Positions 9,327 through 17,954 of a DNA stretch of 64,000 nt are shown piece after piece. Origin of the DNA: a virus (taxonomy: Duplodnaviria; Caudoviricetes). The position numbers were made by a program, and so were the translations under genes. The notes below the pieces were generated by a model. That model was not told the origin of the DNA. It made no database searches and saw only the letters and a program-made list of their open reading frames with translations. The number at the start of each line of letters is the position of its first letter. Positions within the stretch are counted from its first letter, which is position 1. The stretch spans positions 45,941 to 109,940 of the IMG/VR virus record IMGVR_UViG_2926965794_000002, one strand, 5' to 3'.

Positions 9327-11065
9327 ACCACGACGTCGTCATCCTCGTAGGCTGAGCCCGCCGGCTCCGGATTCATCGACATCAGGGAGACGGCGTCGAA
9401 CACGGCCATCAGGGGATCGATCTTCGCCATACCGCTGATCTGCTTGGTGATGAGCGTTGCGTTTCCGCGCTGCTCGGCCTTTGCGTTGCCGATCGACCAG
9501 GACATCAGCCGGGTGCCTTCATGGATCAGCGTGCCGGCGGCAACCCGCCGCTCCGCGTCCTTGATGGCGCCGTTCAGCTTCCAGCCCTGCGCGATGCCGA
9601 CGATGCGCTCCTTCTCGAAGCCGCGGGCCTCGCTGGTGAGCTCGTCCACGATTGAACCGATGCCGGCGGCGTCGACTGCGATCGCGGGGCCTTCCGCCAG
9701 CTTTCCCGACTCCTCGACCCGCACCACGATGTCAGCGACCGCAGTGACGTCGTCGCCGGGCTTCTCCACCATCGTGAGCGTGTTTTCCTTGACGAACTCC
9801 GCGAGCTCGGTGGCGATCTGCTTGCGGCGCTCCAGCACGATCTCGTGCGCCCAGGCCCGCGCCCATAGCAGCCACTTCCGTTTCGACAGATCCTCGGCGG
9901 CACCAGCTGCCCTCTTCTCTCGCCCCAGCACCGCGAGACCGAGAAGGTCGTCCAGCCCGCCGCCGTCGATCCCGATCACCGCGACCTCGCAGCGGTTGAG
10001 CAGATCCTCGAGCGACGTGACCCTTTCCTGCGACTTGTTCCAGAAGTCTGCGCCGGCCCAGCGATCGGCCCGCAGCTTTGATCCGATCTGGACGTTGAGG
10101 TGCTTCGCAAGGAAGACGTTCAGCCCGGCCTTGTCGCCGCGCCGCGCCTCGGTCAGTTTGTCGGTGATCCATTCCGAAAAGACGGAAACTTCGAGGTTCG
10201 GATTGGTGACGTAGAAGTTTGCCGGGTCGAGATAAGCCTCGGCCTCGAGCATCGCGTCCGGGAACTCGTAGAGCATCCCGAGCTTCTTCGGGTCCGAGAT
10301 CTTGCCGTCGCGGATATCGCGGTAGAGCTTCAGCTTCTCGAGGAACACGCCGGTCGGCGGTTCGTCGGAATGCGTCGACAGGAAGATGACGAAGCCTTCC
10401 GGACGTGACACCAAGCCGCCCGTCGCCTCCCGAAACATGGCCTCTGCGTTGGCGCGCTTCCCGAACAGCCAGAGCTCGTCGATCAGGACGAAGGACGCCT
10501 TCTTACCGCCAACGGTGTCGGTGTCGGCGGCCACGACCCGGAGCACCGCGTTCGTGACCCGATGCGTGATCTGCCGAAAATTCTCCTGGACATGAAGAAG
10601 GTCACGCAGTTCCTCGTCGCGGTAGACCATGTCGCGCGCCGGGTCGAACGAGTTCTTCGCAATCTCGATCGTCGGCGCCAAGATCAGGAGCTGAGCGGAA
10701 TGCCTCCAGTTCCGTATCAGCGCGGTGATCATGATGCCCGCGGCGATCGTCGACTTGCCGTTCTTCTTGCTGATCAGCAGGAAGAACTCGTCGATGAGCC
10801 TCTTGGCCGTCGAATGGTCGTACGCGCCAAAGATGGCGAGCACGAAATCGAATACCCATTGCTCGCCGGCCTCGCCAAACGTCGGCGGCCGCATCTCGCC
10901 GGTTTCGGAGTCCTCGATCGGCGTGGCGTCGACGATGTGCAGCGACTTGAAGACCTCAAGTGCCGCATAGGCCTCATTCGGGAAGAGCGGCCCGAACGGG
11001 ATCAGGCTCTCCCTGGCAACGATCCTCCGCTCCCAGTCCGGGCAGGCCGTTGACCAGGATCTCAC
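9323..11065 (-). CDS. terL: Terminase large subunit
   Basis: Walker A-like 'ISKKNGKST', Walker B 'VLIDELW', nuclease 'GIDGGGLDDL' and 'KIDPLMA'. Confidence 0.95.
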   Translation of the reverse strand: MRSWSTACPDWERRIVARESLIPFGPLFPNEAYAALEVFKSLHIVDATPIEDSETGEMRPPTFGEAGEQWVFDFVLAIFGAYDHSTAKRLIDEFFLLISKKNGKSTIAAGIMITALIRNWRHSAQLLILAPTIEIAKNSFDPARDMVYRDEELRDLLHVQENFRQITHRVTNAVLRVVAADTDTVGGKKASFVLIDELWLFGKRANAEAMFREATGGLVSRPEGFVIFLSTHSDEPPTGVFLEKLKLYRDIRDGKISDPKKLGMLYEFPDAMLEAEAYLDPANFYVTNPNLEVSVFSEWITDKLTEARRGDKAGLNVFLAKHLNVQIGSKLRADRWAGADFWNKSQERVTSLEDLLNRCEVAVIGIDGGGLDDLLGLAVLGREKRAAGAAEDLSKRKWLLWARAWAHEIVLERRKQIATELAEFVKENTLTMVEKPGDDVTAVADIVVRVEESGKLAEGPAIAVDAAGIGSIVDELTSEARGFEKERIVGIAQGWKLNGAIKDAERRVAAGTLIHEGTRLMSWSIGNAKAEQRGNATLITKQISGMAKIDPLMAVFDAVSLMSMNPEPAGSAYEDDDVVV

Positions 11066-11616
11066 TGGTTGTTCACCACCAGCTTAGGCGGCTCAGGTGC
11101 TTTGAACTTGCCGCCGACATTCTCGGCGGCCGCCTGACGCTCTTCCTTCTTCCCCAGCCTGGCGGGCTTCGGTGCCGCCGCAGCAGCGGCCTGTGGCTTT
11201 CCGCGCTCGCCAACGGAGCCGGCCGCGCGCGAGACCTTACCCATTTCGTCGAGCCGCTTGATTGCCGAGACGTTCTTCGCGTGCGCGGCCTCGAACAGAA
11301 GCTTGGTCACCTCAGCACGCTGGTTCGCGTATCCGTTCTCGAGCTCGTTGGCGCAGTGCTTGCGCAGGGTGTCGACATCGACCTTCAGCGCCCGGGCGAT
11401 CATGGCCTCAGACTCGCCGCAAAACTTCAGCCGCTCGACCGTCTGCCGGTCCGCGATCGACGGCGCCCATGCCGGACGACCGCCCTTGTTGCGCTTCGCC
11501 GAATTGCTCGACGTCCCGCGCTTTTTCGGTTTCGACGCCTTCCGCTTCGCCGGCTTCGCTTCAGCGCGATCGCTGGCTTCCGCAGGATTTTCGTCGGCGG
11601 TCGGTTTTTCGGTCAT
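11062..11616 (-). CDS. terS: Terminase small subunit
   Basis: Coupled to terL; 'GGRPAW', HTH 'IARALKVDVDTLRKH', 'LGKKEERQAAAE' tail. Confidence 0.8.
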   Translation of the reverse strand: MTEKPTADENPAEASDRAEAKPAKRKASKPKKRGTSSNSAKRNKGGRPAWAPSIADRQTVERLKFCGESEAMIARALKVDVDTLRKHCANELENGYANQRAEVTKLLFEAAHAKNVSAIKRLDEMGKVSRAAGSVGERGKPQAAAAAAPKPARLGKKEERQAAAENVGGKFKAPEPPKLVVNNQ

Positions 11617-11639
11617 TTTGCGAGTTCCGGCCAAAAATT

Positions 11640-11730
11640 CGGGCCGCCTCAAAAAAATTGTGCAGGTGCCACCCCGAGCGGTCCCGGGTCCGCGCGCCGT
11701 CGGGAAATTGCCCCGGGGGTACGGTTCGGC
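11640..11730 (-). other. Putative cos/packaging initiation region
   Basis: Non-coding stretch directly upstream of terS with ACCCCCGGGG, GGGACCG and T-tracts; position expected for HK97-like cos. Exact cut site not determinable. Confidence 0.4.
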
Positions 11731-12222
11731 CGGATTGCTAGCGAAATGGGCGGGTTTAGGCGCCGTTCTGGCGGGTTTTGCGTGCGATTGGCGCGGTTGA
11801 GGCGCGCCGAGCTATGGGCGCCGAGGGCTTGCCGGATGGCCGAGGCCGATAGCCTGGCCGATTAGTGTCAATCCGTTGTGCTGGCGCCGCTGGCGCCGCG
11901 CCGCGCGCGGTAACCGTCCGCCTTCTCTCTCGCCTAGCGTGCCTAGTGGCGTGGTGCGGTTGACGTTGCGGCCTTGCGTCCATCCGCCGAGGCCGAGGCG
12001 CCGAGGCCAGAAACGCAAAACCCGCCGAGGTTTCCCGCGGCGGGTTGGCTGCAGCGACACTGCGCCGAATGCCTGTTCTGAATCATAACTGGAGTCGGAG
12101 TGTCAAATCCGGTTCCGCTACTCGGCGGTGCATGACGGCGCCGCGCGGCCTCGGTCTCTCCCTGTTCTGTGATAGCTATTCGCTAGATGGACTGTTCAAA
12201 CTCACGGGATAGGGAAAACGAC

Positions 12223-12534
12223 ATGCCTGCAGCGAAGGCGAATAGCTCGGCGCCGAGACAAGCCGGCAAAGGCCGCGCCTATGCCTCGGCCGGCGCCACA
12301 CTGCGAATCAGCGCGGCCGAATTCATCGCTTGGCAGGAAGAGCTAGGCCTTTCGAATGGTGCTGCAGCTGCAGCGCTATTCGTTTCGCCCAATACGGTTA
12401 CAGCGGTGCGCGCGGAAGGCGGTAGCGCTGAACTGGCGCTGAAGTGTCGCGCCATCGCCGCCGGCCTTTCGCCAGCGCTACCCATGCAAGAGGCCTTCCG
12501 CCTCGGCCGGATAAACGCCATTCTGCAGGAATAG
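12223..12534 (+). CDS. HTH (XRE-like) regulator, first gene of the plus-strand cluster
   Basis: 'ISAAEFIAWQEELGLSNGAAAAALFVSPNTV' HTH pattern. Confidence 0.7.
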   Translation: MPAAKANSSAPRQAGKGRAYASAGATLRISAAEFIAWQEELGLSNGAAAAALFVSPNTVTAVRAEGGSAELALKCRAIAAGLSPALPMQEAFRLGRINAILQE

Positions 12535-12607
12535 GCCGCAATTCCCTGTAGTGTGAGGTCGGCCGGCCGAAACCCTATCTTTTTTCACAGAGCAGCGAAT
12601 TAGGGGA

Positions 12608-12640
12608 TTGACAGGCACCGCGCTTTCTAGGCATGTGCGG
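12608..12640 (+). promoter_or_regulatory. sigma70-like promoter (TTGACA) upstream of repeat A copy 1
   Basis: TTGACA at 12608; related -35 boxes at 14236, 17368 and 17881 also precede repeat A copies. Confidence 0.5.
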
Positions 12641-12683
12641 CGAACGGAACGCGCGATTGTGCGCAAATCAAAAGGCCGCCGAC

Positions 12684-12920
12684 ATGGCAAAGACTATCGC
12701 CTATCAAGTCACAGTCCGCCGCATTGCTACCGGTTGTGACTTCCATATCCGTCTATTCTCACAGTCCGCCGAGCATGCCAGCAACCGCGCCGTTGATCGC
12801 GCGCGCTTCGCTGAACGTATCTCACTGGCCAAATATCAGGAACTGAATGCCAAAGGCATTGCGTGCTTTCGCGTCATTTCTTGCGAAGTGTCCGCCGATC
12901 AATCGCGGCCGATTGGTTAG
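12684..12920 (+). CDS. Hypothetical protein (78 aa)
   Basis: ATG follows repeat A copy 1. Confidence 0.7.
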   Translation: MAKTIAYQVTVRRIATGCDFHIRLFSQSAEHASNRAVDRARFAERISLAKYQELNAKGIACFRVISCEVSADQSRPIG

Positions 12921-12928
12921 GCCGCGCC

Positions 12929-13096
12929 ATGCTCGCCGCTTTCATTTCCTTTTGCATCGCCAACCCGCCCTTTGCAGGTTTTATGCTTGCAGCGATCTAT
13001 ACCCTTTGCTGGGCCATCCTAGCTCCCTTTCTGTATGCGCCGGCAACGCCTCGGCGCCGTTCGATCCGGCGCCGCGCGCGCCGCAACCGCCGCTAG
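12929..13096 (+). CDS. Small membrane protein
   Basis: Hydrophobic MLAAFISFCIANPPFAGFMLAAIYTLCWAIL then a basic tail. Confidence 0.5.
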   Translation: MLAAFISFCIANPPFAGFMLAAIYTLCWAILAPFLYAPATPRRRSIRRRARRNRR

Positions 13097-13107
13097 GAGC
13101 AAAGCCA

Positions 13108-13344
13108 ATGCCGATTATCGTTTGCCATGATGGGGCGATCTACCGCGCCGAGATTTGGGGATTCCGCGGCACTTGCGCGCTAATCCATAAGGCTAGCGGC
13201 CGATATGCGGTTATCCGCGGCGCCGAGGCCGCGCGTTACCATGACGCAATCGCGGTTGCGTATCTGCGATTTGGTAGCATGCCGGGTGATACGCTCTATG
13301 CCTGGCTTTGGACCAATGCCGGCTTTCATCGTTTGGCCAGCTAG
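13108..13344 (+). CDS. Hypothetical protein (78 aa)
   Basis: AGGAG RBS, MPIIVCHDG... Confidence 0.6.
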   Translation: MPIIVCHDGAIYRAEIWGFRGTCALIHKASGRYAVIRGAEAARYHDAIAVAYLRFGSMPGDTLYAWLWTNAGFHRLAS

Positions 13345-13399
13345 GCCGCCTTCTAAGACTGCAACCGCGCGACTGTGCGCAAATCGAGAGGCTAGACCA

Positions 13400-13480
13400 A
13401 TGAGAGAGAATTCCGATTTTATCCTGTTCTGCGCGGCGGCTTTCGTCGGAACGTTTGTCATTTTCGCTTGCTGTATGTGA
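13400..13480 (+). CDS. 26-aa hydrophobic peptide
   Basis: ATG follows repeat A copy 2; MRENSDFILFCAAAFVGTFVIFACCM. Confidence 0.5.
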   Translation: MRENSDFILFCAAAFVGTFVIFACCM

Positions 13481-13490
13481 GGCGCGCGCC

Positions 13491-13730
13491 ATGGCAAAGC
13501 CTGATGATTTGACTTCCTACGCCTCGGCCGGATATGCCGCGCCGGCCTCGGCCAATCCGCACTTGTGGAGTAGCGCAACACACATTGCGTTTCGCCTCGG
13601 CCAATGGTTGCACGAAACCGGCCGGCCGGCCCCGCGGAACGTCCGCATGTCGCGCGGCCTTTCGATCCGCGCAAACGATATGCTGATACGCTGGAACGCC
13701 AAAACCGGCGCATGCGAACGGATCAACTAA
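13491..13730 (+). CDS. Hypothetical protein (79 aa)
   Basis: GAGG RBS, MAKPDDL... Confidence 0.6.
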   Translation: MAKPDDLTSYASAGYAAPASANPHLWSSATHIAFRLGQWLHETGRPAPRNVRMSRGLSIRANDMLIRWNAKTGACERIN

Positions 13731-13824
13731 CGCGATTTGCAGCCTATGCCGTGCAAGTCACGGCATAACCGGCAAACCGCCGAAACCGCGCAATTGTGCG
13801 CAAACTTGAAAAGGACATAGGCAA

Positions 13825-13929
13825 ATGAAGTATCGCAAGCATGATTCCGACCGCCGGCCGAGCGACAAGCGGACTCGCCGCGCCGCGGTGCGCGATGGCA
13901 AGCGCGCGTTTCTGAATTCTTGCCTCTAA
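13825..13929 (+). CDS. 34-aa basic peptide (below the ORF-track cutoff)
   Basis: ATG follows repeat A copy 3 (AAAGGA); MKYRKHDSDRRPSDKRTRRAAVRDGKRAFLNSCL. Confidence 0.55.
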   Translation: MKYRKHDSDRRPSDKRTRRAAVRDGKRAFLNSCL

Positions 13930-13942
13930 GGGAGCTAGGGCA

Positions 13943-14239
13943 ATGCCTGCAGTCACACTAGACGGCGCCGTCTATTTCAATTGCTGTACGGATTACTCGG
14001 CGCCGGATTGGTCCGCCTTTCGTTCGCTGGAAATTGGAGGTTGCAGTGTCCGGCATGATCCGGACACGGGCGAAAGCAATGTGACCGGAAACCGCGCGCC
14101 GGACGATTCCGCCTTTTGGACTGTATACGCTCGCGAGCATGACGGTTGCGCGCTCGCGATTACCGATTGCGGAATCCAAACGGAAACACACGCGATTGCC
14201 GAAACGCTATCCCGGCTTTCCGGCCTTCCCCTGATTTGA
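13943..14239 (+). CDS. Hypothetical acidic protein (98 aa)
   Basis: GGGAG RBS; tandem in the cluster. Confidence 0.65.
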   Translation: MPAVTLDGAVYFNCCTDYSAPDWSAFRSLEIGGCSVRHDPDTGESNVTGNRAPDDSAFWTVYAREHDGCALAITDCGIQTETHAIAETLSRLSGLPLI

Positions 14240-14327
14240 CGTTGCGACACTGCGCAGCATGTCTGCGCAGCACGGAACGCCAAAGCGGACCAACGCGCGA
14301 TTGTGCGCAATCGAAAGGCTTTCGACC

Positions 14328-14732
14328 ATGAACCGCAAACCGCAATTCGCTTGGCAATGTTCCTTTATGGGGACTGTCTACTATCGCGTTACGGATCAAA
14401 CCGGCAACTATGAGGTTTCCATCCGTCATTCCGTTTCCGACTATGAGCTATCGATAGCAAATGGCGATGACGTCCGGCGCGCCATGCGGACGGGAATCGG
14501 CATGCTTGTCCGATATGCCGAGGCATTGCCGGCGGATATCGTCGCGGCCTTCAATGCCTGGCGCGCCGCTGAACATGCTGCAGCCATGGCGAAACTTGAC
14601 GCCGCGCCGGAACGCTATGGCGTCATCGCGCCGGATGACGAATTGCGCAAGCCGCCAATGATCGCCCGCGCGGCCTCCTATGATCGCGCGCTGGGATGGA
14701 TTCCGGTTTGCGAACTGGAGCGCGCAGCATGA
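14328..14732 (+). CDS. Hypothetical protein (134 aa)
   Basis: ATG follows repeat A copy 4. Confidence 0.7.
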   Translation: MNRKPQFAWQCSFMGTVYYRVTDQTGNYEVSIRHSVSDYELSIANGDDVRRAMRTGIGMLVRYAEALPADIVAAFNAWRAAEHAAAMAKLDAAPERYGVIAPDDELRKPPMIARAASYDRALGWIPVCELERAA

Positions 14733-15058
14733 ACCGCGATGCATTCCGCCGCACCATTTCCGCGCTACGCGCCGAGGCGAGAGGCCGGCGCCATCATGTC
14801 GCGACATTCTGGATTGTCTGCAACGGCGTCGAATTCACGGCGCGCGCAGAACGGGCAATCGGTCCGGTTGATTTGCGGACGTCGCGTCTATCTTGCCGGC
14901 CTCGCCGAGCTCTTGCGGCCGAGGCCTTGCGTTGGGCGGCTCATTATCGGCGCGCCGCGAAACACTCGCCTATCGCCCGCGCTCGCAATCTAGAGGCCGC
15001 GCGCGAATGCATCGCCGAGGCCGCGGCCTATCATTCCGTCTTTAACCGCCTTCCGTGA
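14729..15058 (+). CDS. Hypothetical Arg-rich protein
   Basis: ATGA overlap with the upstream gene. Confidence 0.6.
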   Translation: MNRDAFRRTISALRAEARGRRHHVATFWIVCNGVEFTARAERAIGPVDLRTSRLSCRPRRALAAEALRWAAHYRRAAKHSPIARARNLEAARECIAEAAAYHSVFNRLP

Positions 15059-15071
15059 GGGATACCGCACC

Positions 15072-15410
15072 ATGAAAACAGCGCGCTTTTGGCACTATCA
15101 CAAATCCGGCCTTGTTCGTATTGCGTTGCGGACTGGCCAAACATTGCACCATTCGCACGGCGCCAGAACAGACGAGGGATGGACGCGCGAGTCCAATATC
15201 TTTTCTTTCGACGGGCAAACCGTGACTAACGAATGGTGCGACGATGGCGCGGATTGCGATGGACGCCTAACCTGCAATGGCGTTTGCAGCTGCGCGGCCG
15301 ATAGGCTTTCCGCGGGTTACCATGACGTTGAAAACGGCGCGCGGTTTCCGGACTGGCAAGCCGCCGCAAGCATACAACGCGATTATTCCGCCGAGGCTGC
15401 AGGCTACTAG
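15072..15410 (+). CDS. Hypothetical protein (112 aa)
   Basis: GAGGG RBS; 'TDEGW', 'DCDGRL', 'QRDYSAEAAGY'. Confidence 0.7.
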   Translation: MKTARFWHYHKSGLVRIALRTGQTLHHSHGARTDEGWTRESNIFSFDGQTVTNEWCDDGADCDGRLTCNGVCSCAADRLSAGYHDVENGARFPDWQAAASIQRDYSAEAAGY

Positions 15411-15467
15411 GCCGGCGCCGTCGAATTCAAACGCGCGATTGTGCGCAAATCGAAAGGACAGACAGAC

Positions 15468-15659
15468 ATGGCACGATATGGCGGCGATCCGCGATGGATC
15501 ATTACCAAATATCCGGCCAATGACCGGAACGGGCATTTTATCCCGGTAGGAACGCGCGCGTTCTATTATCCGGTTTCCAAACGCATGTTGACCGGCGCCG
15601 AGGCTGAACAGGCAAGCCGCGATTTTGAGGCCGCACGTTTCGACGAAAGCATGAGGTAA
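15468..15659 (+). CDS. Hypothetical protein (63 aa)
   Basis: ATG follows repeat A copy 5. Confidence 0.7.
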   Translation: MARYGGDPRWIITKYPANDRNGHFIPVGTRAFYYPVSKRMLTGAEAEQASRDFEAARFDESMR

Positions 15660-15665
15660 AGCGCA

Positions 15666-15965
15666 ATGGATTTTGCAGCATTCCAAGCCGCCGCGGCCGA
15701 GTTGGATAGCCGCATGAAAGAGGCCGGCGCGCGCCTCGGCGCCGTGACAGAAAGCCTTGCGGCCGAGATGGGGATTCCGGCGCGCGGTCCGATGGGATTG
15801 ACGCCGGACCGCATTAAGTTTGATCCGCGATACCGGCTTGCGAAGGCCGCGGCCGATATCGCCTTTGCGGAACTACGGGCATTCAATGGCCGGTATGCGC
15901 CGCGCTTCAAGAAAGAGATACGCGCCGAGATTGACGCGCGGCGCCGTGCGAAGTGCACCGCTTAA
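15666..15965 (+). CDS. Hypothetical phage protein (99 aa)
   Basis: GAGG RBS; helical, 'GPMGLTPD' motif. Confidence 0.7.
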   Translation: MDFAAFQAAAAELDSRMKEAGARLGAVTESLAAEMGIPARGPMGLTPDRIKFDPRYRLAKAAADIAFAELRAFNGRYAPRFKKEIRAEIDARRRAKCTA

Positions 15966-16027
15966 CCTGGCCTCGCCTTCCATCACTATTCCCGCGCGAT
16001 TGTGCGCAACAGAAAGGACAATGGACC

Positions 16028-17128
16028 ATGCAACAGAGTGATATGATCGCGGCAAAGGCTGCCAAGGCAACGGAACGGCGCGCGCTGGCAATTATCGCCT
16101 ATGACAACGCTAAACAGGATCCTGACGGCGCGAACTGGCAAGGGATTGCCGATTTGCTGCGCCTCTCCCTTCCCTCGGCGAAAGCCAAGGCCGCGCCGGC
16201 CGAGACTGGCGCCGACAACGGCGCGCCATGGTCGGATTATGATATCCCGGCAAGCGCGACGAAACGTCTAGGCAAATCGCCTATCATCGTTGTGACGTTC
16301 TCTTGCGGTGCCGTGGTCTGCGCGCCGGCGGTTTCCCTTCCCGGCAAGCCGGTAAACATCGGCCGCGGCTTGCGTGTTGCCTTTGCCTTCTACCGCGCGC
16401 GGATCGCCCGGGAATTCGGCAAGGCCTCGGCCATTGGTTCGGATTGCGTGAACGTTCCGGCCATCGTTTCCGCCATCTGTGACGCTACCGGCGCCGAGTA
16501 TGGCGCGGACGAATGCAACGCCAAAACCTCCGAATTCCGCCGCGGCGGTTTCGATCATGTCGCGCTTTCCGCCGAGGCCTCGGCCTTGCCGGAAAAGGCC
16601 GAGGCCGGCGAGTTGACGCGCGCCGACTTCTACCGCGGCCATTACCTCATTGCCTCGGCCGAGGCCGAGATTTTGGCCGGCGCCAATGAGGATCGCGCGG
16701 CCGAGTTGGGCGCGCAGATTAACGATTATCGCGCGCGCCTCGGCGGCTTGTCATGGCTGGAAATTGAAGCGCGGCGCCGCGCCGCAATCCGTGAGGCCAA
16801 AGCCGCGGCAAAGGCCGAGGCCGAGGCTATGGCCGAGGCCGGCCGGCGCGCCGAGCGCGAGGCCGAGGCGCACGCAGCTGCAGCCAAGGCCGAGGCCGAG
16901 GCGCCGCGGTTGCGGCTTGTCGGGGACAATTCCGCCAGCGTCGAAACCGCGGCGGCGCCATCCCTCCCAGATACGGCCGATTCCCTCCCGGTTGCGCCCG
17001 CGCCAAAATCGGCCGCGCCTCTCCCGGTTGCGCCTTCCCGCGTCGCGCGCTTCCTGGCCTCGTCATCGCTCGGCGCGCCTCGTCATTCCCTCCCGGTTGC
17101 GCCTTTCTGCGCGATCCGCTCGGCCTAG
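16028..17128 (+). CDS. Hypothetical Ala-rich protein (366 aa) with coiled-coil and low-complexity tail
   Basis: ATG follows repeat A copy 6; three LPVAP repeats at the C-terminus. Confidence 0.7.
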   Translation: MQQSDMIAAKAAKATERRALAIIAYDNAKQDPDGANWQGIADLLRLSLPSAKAKAAPAETGADNGAPWSDYDIPASATKRLGKSPIIVVTFSCGAVVCAPAVSLPGKPVNIGRGLRVAFAFYRARIAREFGKASAIGSDCVNVPAIVSAICDATGAEYGADECNAKTSEFRRGGFDHVALSAEASALPEKAEAGELTRADFYRGHYLIASAEAEILAGANEDRAAELGAQINDYRARLGGLSWLEIEARRRAAIREAKAAAKAEAEAMAEAGRRAEREAEAHAAAAKAEAEAPRLRLVGDNSASVETAAAPSLPDTADSLPVAPAPKSAAPLPVAPSRVARFLASSSLGAPRHSLPVAPFCAIRSA

Positions 17129-17143
17129 TCGGAGTCGCCAGCA

Positions 17144-17341
17144 ATGCACGCCTATGGTTTCGATATCCAACCGGACGGGGCAAGGTTTCGCCTAGTTGAC
17201 CGCGCCGAGTTCAACCATTGGGGCGAGTTATCGCCGCGGTTCGATACCGCGGCCAAGGCCGAGGAATACGCGCGCCGTTGCGACGAATTAAAGCGCGGCA
17301 AGCGCTCAACCGTCGAATTGCGCGCTTGGGAACTGACCTAG
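17144..17341 (+). CDS. Hypothetical protein (65 aa)
   Basis: GGAG RBS; tandem in the cluster. Confidence 0.6.
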   Translation: MHAYGFDIQPDGARFRLVDRAEFNHWGELSPRFDTAAKAEEYARRCDELKRGKRSTVELRAWELT

Positions 17342-17409
17342 GCCGCGGCGCGCCTCGGCCTCTCGAATTGACACGCGCGATTGTGCGCAAACGGAAAGGA
17401 ATACAGACA

Positions 17410-17823
17410 ATGCGGAAACCGACTCCCAACAAAGAAAAGGCCGCGCAGCTGGCGCGCCAAATCGCCAACATGACAGACGAGCAAAAGGCGCTTTGGCTGC
17501 AGCGCGCGCCGATCCTCACCGCGGACGCGCGGCCGATATCCGGCAAAAATCACATGCTGGCGGCGATGCAGTGCGAAGGCGCAACCATGCTCGGCGGCTT
17601 CAATCAATGGCTTGCCGCCGGCCGCGCGGTGCGGAAAGGCGAGTCCGCAATCTATATCTTTGCGCCGTCCGGCCGGCGCGCACCGGCCGAGGCCTCAGCG
17701 CCGCCGAGCGCGGAAGGCGCCGCGTCCGAGGCCGTGGCGGAGTCGGTGCGGTTTATCCTGGTGCCGGTTTTCGACGTTTCGCAAACCGAGGAAAAGCCGG
17801 CCGAACAAGCCGCCGCGGCATAG
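17410..17823 (+). CDS. ArdC-like N-terminal ssDNA-binding domain protein (antirestriction-associated)
   Basis: 'GGFNQWLAAGRAVRKGESAIYIFAP...VPVFDVSQTE' matches the ArdC-N signature; follows repeat A copy 7. Confidence 0.8.
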   Translation: MRKPTPNKEKAAQLARQIANMTDEQKALWLQRAPILTADARPISGKNHMLAAMQCEGATMLGGFNQWLAAGRAVRKGESAIYIFAPSGRRAPAEASAPPSAEGAASEAVAESVRFILVPVFDVSQTEEKPAEQAAAA

Positions 17824-17954
17824 TCCCGGCTACGATCGATTTTGCACCCCCGAGCTACGGCCGATTTTGCGCAACACCGCTTGACAGATTCGGCCGACAC
17901 AAATTAGAGAAGCACCCCCGCGCGATTGTGCGCAAATCGAAAGGACAGAAACAC

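Noticed and set aside
2366-11865. Long plus-strand ORFs (e.g. 2366-3943, 3796-5244, 7518-9278)
   Set aside because: Antisense shadows of well-supported structural genes in high-GC DNA
16960-17110. CTCCCGGTTGCGCC repeats as a DNA element
   Set aside because: They encode LPVAP repeats in a low-complexity protein tail, which is a sufficient explanation
17493-17954. N-terminal extension of the 940-aa ORF
   Set aside because: Overlaps the ArdC-like gene; promoter, repeat A and SD point to ATG 17955
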